Positions 1 through 10,190 of a stretch of DNA of 64,000 nucleotides are shown one piece after another; the first letter of the stretch is position 1; each line of letters opens with the position of its first letter. The DNA lies in IMG/VR virus record IMGVR_UViG_3300047381_001220; one strand, given 5' to 3'. The notes below the pieces were generated by a model, which saw only the letters and a list, made by a program, of their open reading frames with translations, ran no database searches and was not told the DNA's origin. The translations under genes were made by a program, and so were the position numbers. This DNA comes from an uncultured virus (IMG/VR IMGVR_UViG_3300047381_001220) (Duplodnaviria; Heunggongvirae; Uroviricota; Caudoviricetes).

Positions 1-246
1 ATGGAAAATAAAAGGATGCCAAACCAACTAGATTTGCCTGATTATATGAATACAAAAACTTGGTATTATTGTGGTAAAGCATATTCAGTAAGTTATGATT
101 TTGCAAAATATATCTCCACAACAGTTTCATCACAAAAAATAGTTGAAGAGCATTCAATTAAAAATGATGAAAATTATCATGAATTTGCAGTCGAGGATTA
201 TATGATCGGTAGAATATTTGAAAAATATATCAAAACAAAAAAATAG
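1..246 (+). CDS. Probable C-terminal part of a GT31-like galactosyltransferase (likely truncated by window edge)
   Basis: YYCGKAYSVS...VEDYMIG resembles the GT31 GxxY.hS and ED motifs. Confidence 0.5.
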   Translation: MENKRMPNQLDLPDYMNTKTWYYCGKAYSVSYDFAKYISTTVSSQKIVEEHSIKNDENYHEFAVEDYMIGRIFEKYIKTKK

Positions 247-257
247 GTTATATCAAA

Positions 258-1262
258 TTGCAATATATAATAACAGAACGTGATGTTGGACTTGCAAGTT
301 TATTATTTCAAGTTATTAACGCATTAAATAGATGCGAGAAAGAAGAACTTGGAACACCTATTGTTTACTTCAAAAATCAATGTGTCTACTATAATCCCGA
401 TGGTCATCAAAACAAAGACAATGTTTGGGAATATTATTTTCGTCCTGTAAATGAAACTGCTGATACATTGATGATTTCTGATAAAAACAAATCGGAAATA
501 GAAAATGCGTATCAAAACACAGAACCAAAGAAATTAAATAATAGTCGTTTCGTCAAATTAAGTGACGGAAACAAAATGTGTTGTCATTACGGAGATAGAA
601 AAATGGGACACACAATGATTGTTCCACCACATTTAATTCCCGAAGTTTACGAAGATGGTCATCGTGAAAAGGCAAATGCAATCATCAACAAATACTTTAA
701 ACTCAGAATGTATCTAAATGATAAAATCCATAACTTTTTTGCAGAAAATTTAGCAGACGCAAACAAAGTTCTTGGTGTTCATATTCGTGGAACAGATGCA
801 CTTGTAAATAAAGCAGAGAGATGGAGAAAGAAATTCGACATTCAAAATTACATAGATTGTATAAAATTATTTACAGAAAAATATAAAGACGAAGGTAAGG
901 TATTTGTAGCAAGTGATGATGCGAAGTTGTTTAATATTGTTAAAAACGAATTTGATGATCTAATTGTTGATTATGATACATTTCGCCAAGAAGAAGACGA
1001 TGTAGGTAAAAGTGGTAATACTACAAAAGGAGATGCAATGATGCCTACCTATTTATGTGATGATGGAGCAAAAGCATCCCAAAATGGAGAAGATGCAATT
1101 GCTGAAATGTATTTACTAAGCAAGTGTGATTATTTGCTTCACAACGCAAGTGGATTTGCTCATGTTGCTTTGCTAATAAATTCGGAAATAAATCACATGG
1201 ATAGTCAACGTCCGGGTGGTCAAATTTTGTTAAATAATTTTAAGGAGATGATAAATGGATAA
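258..1262 (+). CDS. NodZ/GT23-like fucosyltransferase
   Basis: GVHIRGTD, VFVASDD, YLLSKCDYLLHNASGF; TTG start. Confidence 0.7.
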   Translation: MQYIITERDVGLASLLFQVINALNRCEKEELGTPIVYFKNQCVYYNPDGHQNKDNVWEYYFRPVNETADTLMISDKNKSEIENAYQNTEPKKLNNSRFVKLSDGNKMCCHYGDRKMGHTMIVPPHLIPEVYEDGHREKANAIINKYFKLRMYLNDKIHNFFAENLADANKVLGVHIRGTDALVNKAERWRKKFDIQNYIDCIKLFTEKYKDEGKVFVASDDAKLFNIVKNEFDDLIVDYDTFRQEEDDVGKSGNTTKGDAMMPTYLCDDGAKASQNGEDAIAEMYLLSKCDYLLHNASGFAHVALLINSEINHMDSQRPGGQILLNNFKEMING

Positions 1263-2055
1263 TTTTAATATTGAGTCTTTTTTGAGTGAATATAAAAATA
1301 AAAAAATAATATTAGTATGTAATTCAGGAAACGCAGGAGATGCTTTAATTGCCAAAGGAACTTTTGATCTTTTTGAAAAAATAGGAATTGAATATGAATT
1401 TGGTTCTTGGACGTCTAAATACAATAATTCAGAACTATTTTACGGTGGTGGAGGAAATCTGTCCGGTATGTATCCACATTGTAGAAAATTTATTAAAAAT
1501 AATTTTAGAAATAACAATATAGTTGTATTACCTCACACAGTACGTGGAGTGTGGAAAATACTTAGAAAGTTTACAAAAAGAATCAAGATTATTTGTAGGG
1601 AAGAAGTTTCGTATAATCATGTATATAATACAATAAAAAATAAAAATAATGCAATGATTTCGGATGATATGGCATTTCACTGTAATATACCAACTAAATA
1701 TAAGAATATAATCGGAAAAGGTCATGTAAACTGTTTTAGAAAAGCAGGTGAATGTGAATCCCCAAAAAATATTAATTTACCAAATGATAATATTGATTTA
1801 TCTTTAACTTGTGGTGGTGGAGATATGGACTCACACTCGTTTGTAAATGAAATTTTTGAAAATGTAATGCAAGAATTATCAAAGTATAAAACCATCAGCA
1901 CTAATCGTTTACACATGGCAATTGGAGGTGCATTGCTTGGAAAACAAGTCAATTTTTATTCAAACAATTATTATAAGTGTAAAGCCGTGTATGAGTATTC
2001 TTTAAAAAAGTATTCAAATGTAAAGTGGTGTGGAGATTACAATTATGAAAATTGA
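1255..2055 (+). CDS. Polysaccharide pyruvyl transferase family protein
   Basis: GNAGDALI, YGGGGNL, CREEVSY, TNRLHMAIGGALLG. Confidence 0.8.
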   Translation: MDNFNIESFLSEYKNKKIILVCNSGNAGDALIAKGTFDLFEKIGIEYEFGSWTSKYNNSELFYGGGGNLSGMYPHCRKFIKNNFRNNNIVVLPHTVRGVWKILRKFTKRIKIICREEVSYNHVYNTIKNKNNAMISDDMAFHCNIPTKYKNIIGKGHVNCFRKAGECESPKNINLPNDNIDLSLTCGGGDMDSHSFVNEIFENVMQELSKYKTISTNRLHMAIGGALLGKQVNFYSNNYYKCKAVYEYSLKKYSNVKWCGDYNYEN

Positions 2056-2803
2056 CGTAATCATAGGACATTCAAACACACACGATTCCCGTGATAGGAA
2101 TTTGAAATTTATTGTTGCACGATATCAAAAATTGCTTCCAAACGCAAAAATAACAATCGTTGAGCAAAACACCGAAACAGACCTATCTGAATTAAGTGTT
2201 AATCATATACTCAGAAAAACACCTAATCCATTTGATTACAGTCGTGGGTATGGATTTAACGAAGGAGCAAAGATAACTGACGGTGATTATATGATATTCG
2301 CAGATAATGACATTTTATTACACGAAGACTTGTTGAACAACTTTGAAGAACTTGTGAGTGGATATGATTTTTTTGTTCCTTCGCAAAAATTTCTTAACAT
2401 TTCACGTGACGGAACAAAGAAAGTAATTGCAGGTGAAAACTTAGATAAATCGTGGTTGGGTAGAGATAGACCGAGAGTGGCTGCAAATGGTGCAGGGGGA
2501 GTCTGTATTATGTCTAGGAAAGGTTTTTATGAAGTATATGGATGGGAACCGTCAATTGGGTCTTGGTGTCCTGAAGACGAATTAATGCGAAGTAAAGTGG
2601 ATACATTTAGTTTGAAAATTGGAAGATCACCTTACGATATGTATCATCTTGATCACGATACGAAAGCACATCGTAAACTTGCAAGACTAAACGACAAAAA
2701 GCAATGGAAAGAAATGGTAGAAAGAATATCAGTATTCAAGCAAATGAACAAACAGCAACTTTCAGATCACTATGAAAAAATAGGAGAAGATCATTTTAGA
2801 TAA
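2045..2803 (+). CDS. GT2/GT7-C type glycosyltransferase
   Basis: FADNDI (DxD), GGVCIMSR..F..VYGWE...GSWCPED; ATG at 2045 preferred. Confidence 0.75.
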   Translation: MKIDVIIGHSNTHDSRDRNLKFIVARYQKLLPNAKITIVEQNTETDLSELSVNHILRKTPNPFDYSRGYGFNEGAKITDGDYMIFADNDILLHEDLLNNFEELVSGYDFFVPSQKFLNISRDGTKKVIAGENLDKSWLGRDRPRVAANGAGGVCIMSRKGFYEVYGWEPSIGSWCPEDELMRSKVDTFSLKIGRSPYDMYHLDHDTKAHRKLARLNDKKQWKEMVERISVFKQMNKQQLSDHYEKIGEDHFR

Positions 2804-3561
2804 TGAAAGTAAGAAATAAAATAACAAATACATATCCAATTGTATTTCATTTATCTGGTCTTTTTAAGTGGAATCGTCTAGGTCACAGTATACACAATAT
2901 GAGTAAAAAATTAAATCACAAATTTATAAAAATCAGAGAGGATTTAGATTTATGTTTTTTTAGTCATGGGTATAATAATAGAAGTATGGTTGAAGAATCA
3001 TTAAATCAGTTTGGATTGTCAATTGTAAATTTAAATGATTATATAAAGTTACCCGAATCAAATACTTTTAATGAGATAAAAGGTGCAAAATTGACTGCAC
3101 TCAGAGAATATTTAGATACATCAACAAAAAAATATATAATAGGTCAAGACGCAGGTGATGTATTTTTTATTAAACATCCAAATTTAGTTATAGAATTATT
3201 TGAAGAAAAATTTGATTGCGAGATGCTTCTAAACGGAGAAACTATAGTATTTCCACGTGTTGCAACTAACATTTACAAAAGATTAGATACTCAATTAATA
3301 TATAAGGATAAAGGTAAAAAGTTTAAATTTTTAAACTCGGGATTATTTGTTGCTAAAGTAAATTTTCTTAAAACGATAATAGACGAGTTAATTGCTACAC
3401 CATATATTGGTGATGCAAAGGATCAGGGTCAGTTTCAGCAAATATACGAAAAATATTATCCAAAAATACAGGTTGATGTAGATTGTGAGATATTTCAAAC
3501 CACCGTATTTAGGAAAGAAGATCGTGGAAACGATCATAAATTTTTAAAAATAGAGAAATGA
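2803..3561 (+). CDS. PLOD (procollagen lysyl hydroxylase) glycosyltransferase-domain-like protein, apparently circularly permuted
   Basis: QDAGDV, FLNSGLFVA, KDQ, IQVDVDCEIFQT; N-terminal RNKITNTYPIVFH. Confidence 0.65.
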   Translation: MKVRNKITNTYPIVFHLSGLFKWNRLGHSIHNMSKKLNHKFIKIREDLDLCFFSHGYNNRSMVEESLNQFGLSIVNLNDYIKLPESNTFNEIKGAKLTALREYLDTSTKKYIIGQDAGDVFFIKHPNLVIELFEEKFDCEMLLNGETIVFPRVATNIYKRLDTQLIYKDKGKKFKFLNSGLFVAKVNFLKTIIDELIATPYIGDAKDQGQFQQIYEKYYPKIQVDVDCEIFQTTVFRKEDRGNDHKFLKIEK

Positions 3562-4409
3562 ACTACATAAACATACATTTGAAAGGACTTCTCGCAAACC
3601 AAATGTTTTGCGTTTCTGCTTTGTTTGCATATGCTTGGAAACACAACCTAACACCAATTATTAAAAGCAATCAAATATCTCGCAATCACGACAAGGGTAA
3701 AGATTCATTGTTGAAGGTGTTTCCAAACATACCGTTCAACGATGAATTAGATTTTGAGATCGAGGAATTTTTGGAAGAACCAAAGTCGTTGGGATTCCGT
3801 TATCAGGAGATACCATTTTATCCAAACAAAAATGTTCAAATGCGTGGATTTCGCCAAAGTGAAAAATATTTTGTGGAATACAAAAAAGAAATTCAAAAAA
3901 TGTTTGCACCTAAAACTGAAGAACTGCAATACCTTGAAAACAAGTATTCTGATATATTAAAAAACAGTGTTTCACTTCACATTCGCAAGGGTCGTGATAA
4001 TGCCGATACTTATAGTTCTGCTTATTATTGTTTATACGAGGATTTAAACACTTACTATCCAAATGCACTTCGCAAAATTTTAGAAATGAACAAAAAAATT
4101 GATAACATCGTAATATTCTCAGATGCAGTTGATTGGGTAGAAGAAAATCTTGATCTATCTGAGTTTGATTCAAATGTAACTTTTGTTCGTGGGGAGAAGG
4201 ATTACATGGATATTCATTTAATGAGTATGTGTAAGTATAACATCATTGCAAACTCCACATTTAGTTGGTGGGGTGCATGGTTGAATCGCAACGAGGATAA
4301 AGTGGTGATTGCACCAACAGAATGGCACCCGTTGCATAAGAAACGAAAGTTTAGTGATGAAGACATAATTTGTGAAGATTGGATTCGTGTGGAAGTAACT
4401 GATGATTAG
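3558..4409 (+). CDS. Alpha-1,2-fucosyltransferase (GT11)
   Basis: GLLANQMF, SLHIRKG, IIANSTFSWWGAWL, VIAP. Confidence 0.85.
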   Translation: MNYINIHLKGLLANQMFCVSALFAYAWKHNLTPIIKSNQISRNHDKGKDSLLKVFPNIPFNDELDFEIEEFLEEPKSLGFRYQEIPFYPNKNVQMRGFRQSEKYFVEYKKEIQKMFAPKTEELQYLENKYSDILKNSVSLHIRKGRDNADTYSSAYYCLYEDLNTYYPNALRKILEMNKKIDNIVIFSDAVDWVEENLDLSEFDSNVTFVRGEKDYMDIHLMSMCKYNIIANSTFSWWGAWLNRNEDKVVIAPTEWHPLHKKRKFSDEDIICEDWIRVEVTDD

Positions 4410-5004
4410 TCATGCACATAAATTTATTTTTATTCATATTCCAAAAACCGGTGGGACGAGTATTGAAAAAGTTTTTAAAAAACAAATTAAAAATAATCGT
4501 AAACATTTAACATTTTTTCAGTATGAGAATGAGTTAAAATCAGAAATTGAGAAATATTTTATATTTTCTGTAATCAGAAATCCGTGGGATAGACTTGTTT
4601 CGTATTGGAAATATAGACAAGGTAAAATACACGCACCAATTGACGGAAAAATGAATATATTTGATGACTGGTTAAAATTCATATCATCACTAAATTTAGA
4701 TGATTTACATGGAAAAACTGAAAAGAGTAATATTCCTGATTTTAGAATGGGACTAGATTCGCAATTCAATTCTCTAATAAACAAACAAAATAAAATAAAT
4801 GTAAATTTAGTTAGATTTGAAAATTTACAAAACGACTTTAACACAATCTGTGATAAAATTGGAATAAAACGTCATCATCTTCCACATAAAAACAAAAGTA
4901 GACACAAACACTATACTGAATACTACAACGAAGAAACAAAACAAATTGTTGCTGAAAAATATGCAAAGGATATTAAATATTTTGATTACAAGTTTGGTTC
5001 ATAG
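4402..5004 (+). CDS. Sulfotransferase (Sulfotransfer_2 / carbohydrate sulfotransferase-like)
   Basis: FIHIPKTGGTS (5'-PSB loop), RNPWDRLVS (3'-PB), RFENLQ. Confidence 0.85.
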   Translation: MISHAHKFIFIHIPKTGGTSIEKVFKKQIKNNRKHLTFFQYENELKSEIEKYFIFSVIRNPWDRLVSYWKYRQGKIHAPIDGKMNIFDDWLKFISSLNLDDLHGKTEKSNIPDFRMGLDSQFNSLINKQNKINVNLVRFENLQNDFNTICDKIGIKRHHLPHKNKSRHKHYTEYYNEETKQIVAEKYAKDIKYFDYKFGS

Positions 5005-5020
5005 AAAATCACTCGGTTAG

Positions 5021-5028
5021 ATATTTAT
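5021..5028 (+). promoter_or_regulatory. ATATTTAT putative phage promoter element
   Basis: Recurrent intergenic octamer; 4 nt before ATG 5033. Confidence 0.6.
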
Positions 5029-5032
5029 TATA

Positions 5033-5719
5033 ATGATGAAAAGTGATAATCCGTTTGGTTTTTTTGAAAAAATTTATTGTATAAACTTACAAACTAGAAC
5101 AGACCGTTGGGAAGAGGTTCAAGTTCAGTTTGATAAAATCGGTATACTTGACAGAGTTGAGAGACTTAATGCAGTTACAAAAGAAGAAGCAATTAAAATC
5201 TCAAAAGTAAAACTTAAAAAGTCGGGAGATATACAAGGTCAGGCGGCAGGATCACTTAGTCATTATACTTGCTTGAAAAAGTCAATAGAAAGCGGAGTCA
5301 AAAATTATTTAGTATTCGAGGATGATGTATATTTTGAAAATTATGATGCAAATGATTTGACACAATCAATAAAAGAATTGCCAACCGATTGGAAAATGTT
5401 CATGATGGGATATAATGGTTGGAATCGCAAGAGACTTGATAACTTTTCATCTAAATTAAATACGGCAGATGCGTTTGGATTGGCACACGCATATGCAGTT
5501 AATCATGTATTTTATGACCAGTACAAGTCAGAGTTTGAAAAAAGAGTAATCCGTGGGGAAACACATCGTGTGCGATGGTTTAAGAGAATTGAGTATTTTC
5601 TTTCACATACTTGTGATAATTTTCATTTAATGAAAAATAAGTTTGCATTTCAAGAAGTAGGGTATAGTGATATTGCTCAAATGGAAATAGATAGAGAAAC
5701 TGATACAATATTTGAATAA
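5033..5719 (+). CDS. GT25 glycosyltransferase
   Basis: YCINLQTRTDR, SLSH, LVFEDD, AHAYAV. Confidence 0.8.
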   Translation: MMKSDNPFGFFEKIYCINLQTRTDRWEEVQVQFDKIGILDRVERLNAVTKEEAIKISKVKLKKSGDIQGQAAGSLSHYTCLKKSIESGVKNYLVFEDDVYFENYDANDLTQSIKELPTDWKMFMMGYNGWNRKRLDNFSSKLNTADAFGLAHAYAVNHVFYDQYKSEFEKRVIRGETHRVRWFKRIEYFLSHTCDNFHLMKNKFAFQEVGYSDIAQMEIDRETDTIFE

Positions 5720-6455
5720 AAAAATGAGAGATGAACTATTAGATTTTTTTGATGGAATTTACTGCGTTAATTTAGATAGTAGAGTTGACAGATGGAATTC
5801 TGCACAAGAAGCATTTAAAAAACTCGGAATAGATGATAAAGTAGAACGATTCCGTGCTGTTGAATGCAGGAGTAATTTAAGTCGGCAGAAAATTGCAAAA
5901 GACTACTATAATATTGATTTACATGGAAATTTATTTCGTAGAAAATATCCAATTCACGGTGCAGTAGGATGTGCTACGAGTCATATTGAAATTTTAAAAA
6001 TTGCTAAAAGCAAAAATTTAAAAAATGTTTTAGTATTTGAAGATGATTTTAAAATTCTTGACGAATACGATAAAAATAGTTTATTGGTTTTAAATGAATT
6101 GCGAGATTTTAAAAAGTCGTGGGAATTATTATACTTAGGGTGGGAGTATGATGGAAACCCACGTGAAACAACGAAAAGTATAAGTAAAAGTAATCGGGGA
6201 TCTAAGAAATTTGGATTGCGAACAACCCGTGCAATTGCATATAATGAAAATGTATTTGACAAGATAATAAAATCAAATCCTTTTAATTCAAAAAAATATG
6301 GTCGTGGTGGTCATATTGATTTTTTTTATAGAAGAAATACATTTGCGAGAATTTTTACAAGACCTGCACTATTTGGAGTTCATAAAAATTCAATAGGATT
6401 GGGTGATATAGATTTATTAAAAAAATTAAACAAGAGAAATAAAAATGGAAAATGA
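5712..6455 (+). CDS. GT25 glycosyltransferase
   Basis: YCVNLDSRVDR, GCATSH, LVFEDD, LLYLG; start may be ATG 5724. Confidence 0.8.
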   Translation: MNKKMRDELLDFFDGIYCVNLDSRVDRWNSAQEAFKKLGIDDKVERFRAVECRSNLSRQKIAKDYYNIDLHGNLFRRKYPIHGAVGCATSHIEILKIAKSKNLKNVLVFEDDFKILDEYDKNSLLVLNELRDFKKSWELLYLGWEYDGNPRETTKSISKSNRGSKKFGLRTTRAIAYNENVFDKIIKSNPFNSKKYGRGGHIDFFYRRNTFARIFTRPALFGVHKNSIGLGDIDLLKKLNKRNKNGK

Positions 6456-7071
6456 AAAAGTATTATTTTTGGGAGATTCAATAACAAGGCATTATTATCC
6501 GTATGCTGAAATTTTATTGAGTAAGAATGAAATTGAAGCCGTTGTACCTGATAAGTGGGTTTCTTGTCAATGGAAGCAAGTGAGAATGATTGGTCAACTT
6601 TTACAGGGTAAACGAAAGTACGGAGGTCGTAAAGTAAAAGCAGAAACTGTACATTTTAATTTTGGTTTACATAGTATTAAATTGCCACACAAAGGACATG
6701 ATCCCGAGCATCAACGTGCTACGCAAGAAGATATTGATACCTATGAAAAAGAATTAATTGAAGAAATTGAATATCTTAGAAAATTGAATATTAAAAATAT
6801 ATTATTTTCAAATACAACTCCAAGTCCAAAAAATCATGGAGTTCGCAAGGATGCCGATGTTGTAATTCTAAATGAAATTGCAGACAGAATTATGAGAAAG
6901 TATGATGTTCCATTGAATGATCTATATGGGTTTGTAAAATCTCAAGAAGATTATCCAAGATTGTATATGCACCCACGTGCAGAAAATAATTGCCATTTTG
7001 CTGAACATGGTCGTGAGTTACTTGGAAACCAAGTTGGTGAATTTGTTCTTAAGCATATGAAGTCATCGTGA
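6445..7071 (+). CDS. SGNH/GDSL hydrolase (possible O-acetyl esterase or transferase)
   Basis: FLGDSIT, HFNFGLH, NCHF. Confidence 0.75.
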   Translation: MENEKVLFLGDSITRHYYPYAEILLSKNEIEAVVPDKWVSCQWKQVRMIGQLLQGKRKYGGRKVKAETVHFNFGLHSIKLPHKGHDPEHQRATQEDIDTYEKELIEEIEYLRKLNIKNILFSNTTPSPKNHGVRKDADVVILNEIADRIMRKYDVPLNDLYGFVKSQEDYPRLYMHPRAENNCHFAEHGRELLGNQVGEFVLKHMKSS

Positions 7072-7991
7072 AAAAACATTTCATAATCAGGTCCGGAGAT
7101 GAAAATGCAGGATTTACTGCATACATTAAGTTTGCTCTGAACGGTATTTTACACGCAGAGCAACACGACATGATTCCGGTGGTAAACTTTGATAATTCTA
7201 CACGGAATTTTTTTTACGAAGAATGTTATGGAGAAAATACTTGGGATTATTATTTTGAACCCGTTGCAAAAGTATCATATGCAGATGTGATCAAAAATGA
7301 TCTACCTAAGTGTACATTAAAAGATCGTCAGTTTCGCAATCAAAACTCACATCCCAATCCAGATCGTGTGGACACATTTTGGAAAAGTGATCGAAAAATT
7401 GGGGGAGATGAACACAGAGGAGAACCAAAAAAGTGGTTAGAAAATAAACGGAAGATTGCACGTAAACTTATGCAGAAGTATGTTGTCGTAAAACCACACA
7501 TTCAAAAAATCGTAGACAACTTTGTAAATGAGAATTTCTACAACAGGAGTATTATAGGATGTCATGTTCGTGGAACTGACTTTGCGTATGCAACGGCAAC
7601 ATCAGTTGAAAAATATTTCGAGATATTAGATTCACAAAAAGATATACACATTTTTCTCGCAACGGATCAAACTCAGTATGTTGAATTATTTAAGGAACGA
7701 TATGGAGATGAAAAAATTTTAACATACGATAGTATGAGAAGTGATAATGATGTGGCCGCATTTGAACTTGAAAATGGCAGTCCATATAAAAAAGGAGAGG
7801 ATGTATTAATTGATACCTTGCTTTTAAGCAGAACAAATTCAATCATCAAGTGTGCGGCCGCAGGTGGTGAGTTTGCTTTATGGTTCAATGAAAATCTTGA
7901 AGTCCTTCACGACTTTGCATTGGAAAGTAAGTTCCAAAAGGGTGGTCATTGGAATCGGGAAAATACTGCATTTAATCGTTTAAAACTTTAA
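7068..7991 (+). CDS. NodZ/GT23-like fucosyltransferase
   Basis: NTWDYYFEP, GCHVRGTD, FLATD, GEDVLIDTLLLS; paralogue of 258..1262. Confidence 0.7.
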   Translation: MKKHFIIRSGDENAGFTAYIKFALNGILHAEQHDMIPVVNFDNSTRNFFYEECYGENTWDYYFEPVAKVSYADVIKNDLPKCTLKDRQFRNQNSHPNPDRVDTFWKSDRKIGGDEHRGEPKKWLENKRKIARKLMQKYVVVKPHIQKIVDNFVNENFYNRSIIGCHVRGTDFAYATATSVEKYFEILDSQKDIHIFLATDQTQYVELFKERYGDEKILTYDSMRSDNDVAAFELENGSPYKKGEDVLIDTLLLSRTNSIIKCAAAGGEFALWFNENLEVLHDFALESKFQKGGHWNRENTAFNRLKL

Positions 7992-7997
7992 TGAAAA

Positions 7998-8005
7998 ATA
8001 TTTAT
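7998..8005 (+). promoter_or_regulatory. ATATTTAT putative phage promoter element
   Basis: 5 nt before GTG 8011. Confidence 0.6.
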
Positions 8006-8010
8006 ACCGA

Positions 8011-8865
8011 GTGAAAGGAATAATATTAGCAGGAGGAAGTGGAACTCGTTTGTATCCAACAACAAGTGTAGCAAGCAAACAATTGCTTATGCTTTATGAT
8101 AAACCAATGATTTACTATTCGTTGTCGAGTTTATTAAGATTCGGTATCAACGAAATATGTATAATCTCCAACGATATCGGGTTGAAGTTTTTCCGACAAC
8201 TTTTCGGTGATGGCAAAAAGTTCGGATGCAAATTTGAGTATGTTCATCAGGAAAAAAGCAATGGGATTGCTGAAGCATTTATTCTTGCAGAAGACTTTAT
8301 TGGAGATGATCCTGTGTGTTTAATTTTGGGTGACAACTTTTTTCATGCGTCAAATAAATTCTTTGGAATTGAAACTCCAATAAAAGGAGGAACGGTGTTT
8401 GCTTATCGTGTGGAAGATCCTGAAAGATACGGAGTAGTTGAATTTGATAAAAACAACGTTGCGTTAAGCATAGAAGAAAAACCAAAGAAACCTAAAAGCA
8501 ATTATGCAGTTACTGGATTATATTTTTACGACAATGATGTGGTGAATATTTCCAAGAATTTAAAACCATCTGATCGTGGGGAACTTGAAATTACAGATGT
8601 AAACAATGAGTATTTAAAACGAGGTGATCTTAAAGTAAAAGTAATGCCAAACGGAAGTGCTTGGTTAGACGCAGGAACTGCTGAAAGTTTCTTTGATACC
8701 TCATCGTACATCAGAACAATTCAAAGAAGACAGGGAGTGTGTATAGGGTGCTTGGAAAGCATCTGCCTTGAGCAAAACTTTATTGATGTTCAACAATATG
8801 ATCGTTTGCTAAGAAAAATACCAAAATCTTCATATAAAGATGCTTTACGAGGAAAGTTTTTATAA
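8011..8865 (+). CDS. rmlA: Glucose-1-phosphate thymidylyltransferase
   Basis: MKGIILAGGSGTRLYP, SKQLL..YDKPMIYY, YAVTGLYFYD, RGELEITD, WLDAGT. Confidence 0.95.
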   Translation: MKGIILAGGSGTRLYPTTSVASKQLLMLYDKPMIYYSLSSLLRFGINEICIISNDIGLKFFRQLFGDGKKFGCKFEYVHQEKSNGIAEAFILAEDFIGDDPVCLILGDNFFHASNKFFGIETPIKGGTVFAYRVEDPERYGVVEFDKNNVALSIEEKPKKPKSNYAVTGLYFYDNDVVNISKNLKPSDRGELEITDVNNEYLKRGDLKVKVMPNGSAWLDAGTAESFFDTSSYIRTIQRRQGVCIGCLESICLEQNFIDVQQYDRLLRKIPKSSYKDALRGKFL

Positions 8866-8880
8866 AAACTAATATTTATA
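8861..8880 (+). promoter_or_regulatory. Extended promoter-like element TATAAAAACTAATATTTATA
   Basis: Identical 20-mer at 63906-63925 and 18-mer match at 51380-51397; ATATTTAT 5 nt before GTG 8885. Confidence 0.6.
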
Positions 8881-8884
8881 ATAT

Positions 8885-9757
8885 GTGAAAACAAAAGAAT
8901 TTGTGGTGTGTTCTCCTCCATATGATTTAAATTCGGGTGGTGGTGTAGTTCTTCATTATTTATGCTATCTATTAAACCAGCTTGGAGAAACTGCTTATAT
9001 GTTTTTTAACGATAAAATTTGGGTTAGAAAACGGAGACATTTTGAAAAAACATTATTTCGCAATGATTTTAAAAATAAACTTTATCAAGGAAATTTTGAG
9101 AATGCGATTGTGATATATCCCGAGAGAATTAGAGGCAATCCTTATGGTGCAAAAAATGTCGTAAGATTTTTGCTTCATAAACCTGGATTTCATACAAGAG
9201 GAAAAATATGCTTTGGTAAAGATGATCTAGTGGTTGGTTGGGGCAAGGAATGTAGTGGAAGTGGATACAATATAACTGACGAAAATAACATCAAAATTAT
9301 TTACAATATGGATGATGTTTATTATCAAACTAATTTCAATGAAAGAACAAAAACTTGTTATATGATTCGTAAAGCAAATAAACCTTATTATCCACGAAAA
9401 CATCTTGATGCCCACCCAAACGATGCAATTTGTGTGGATCATAAATCACACATAGAAATCGCAAAAATATTTAATGAATGTGATAGATTTATTTGTTATG
9501 ATCCATATACTCATTATTCAACATTTGCGACAAAATGTGGTTGTACAAGCATCGTGATACCGGACGAGGGAGTTTCCAAGGAAGATTGGAAACCTAATGT
9601 AAAAGACACTTATGGAATAGCATATGGTTTAAATGATATAGAGTATGCAAAAGAAACCAAAGATAAATTTTTGGAATACCAAAAAGAAATTGAACAAAAC
9701 AATATAGACGCAGTAAGAAAATTCGTTAAATTGTGTGAAAACTATTTTGTAAATTAA
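8885..9757 (+). CDS. WavQ-like glycan-associated protein
   Basis: SGGGVVLHYLC, VIYPE..GNP, FICYDPYT, GIAYG. Confidence 0.55.
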   Translation: MKTKEFVVCSPPYDLNSGGGVVLHYLCYLLNQLGETAYMFFNDKIWVRKRRHFEKTLFRNDFKNKLYQGNFENAIVIYPERIRGNPYGAKNVVRFLLHKPGFHTRGKICFGKDDLVVGWGKECSGSGYNITDENNIKIIYNMDDVYYQTNFNERTKTCYMIRKANKPYYPRKHLDAHPNDAICVDHKSHIEIAKIFNECDRFICYDPYTHYSTFATKCGCTSIVIPDEGVSKEDWKPNVKDTYGIAYGLNDIEYAKETKDKFLEYQKEIEQNNIDAVRKFVKLCENYFVN

Positions 9758-9787
9758 GTTAGTTTTTATATTATTTAATATTTATCT

Positions 9788-10189
9788 ATGATGGGATATA
9801 ATAATTTAGAATTAGTAAATTGTGGTAAACAATATTGGGAATTTGTTCGTGTATTACGAATGGACAAACGAGTCCTCGATGGCTTTATAGAAAAAGTTGA
9901 AATAACATCTGAACAACAAATTGCTTATATGACCAAATACTCTGACTGCTTCAGAATTGCATTATTAGATAATGAACCTGTGGGATACTTTGGTGTAATA
10001 GAGGATGATATCAGAGTATGTGTGCACCCCGATCATCAAAAAAAAGGTATTGGTAAGTTTCTTGTGAATAGTTGCTTCGAGATTTGGCCAAATGCACTTG
10101 CAAAAATTAAGATTACAAATCAATCAAGTCAGAAGTTATTTGAATCATGTGGGTATGTGCGGGAATATTTTCTATATAAGAAAAACTGA
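9788..10189 (+). CDS. GNAT N-acetyltransferase (probably acting on an amino sugar)
   Basis: VHPDHQKKGIG, N..S.KLFESCGY; ATATTTAT at 9778-9785 favours ATG 9791. Confidence 0.8.
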   Translation: MMGYNNLELVNCGKQYWEFVRVLRMDKRVLDGFIEKVEITSEQQIAYMTKYSDCFRIALLDNEPVGYFGVIEDDIRVCVHPDHQKKGIGKFLVNSCFEIWPNALAKIKITNQSSQKLFESCGYVREYFLYKKN

Positions 10190-10190
10190 A

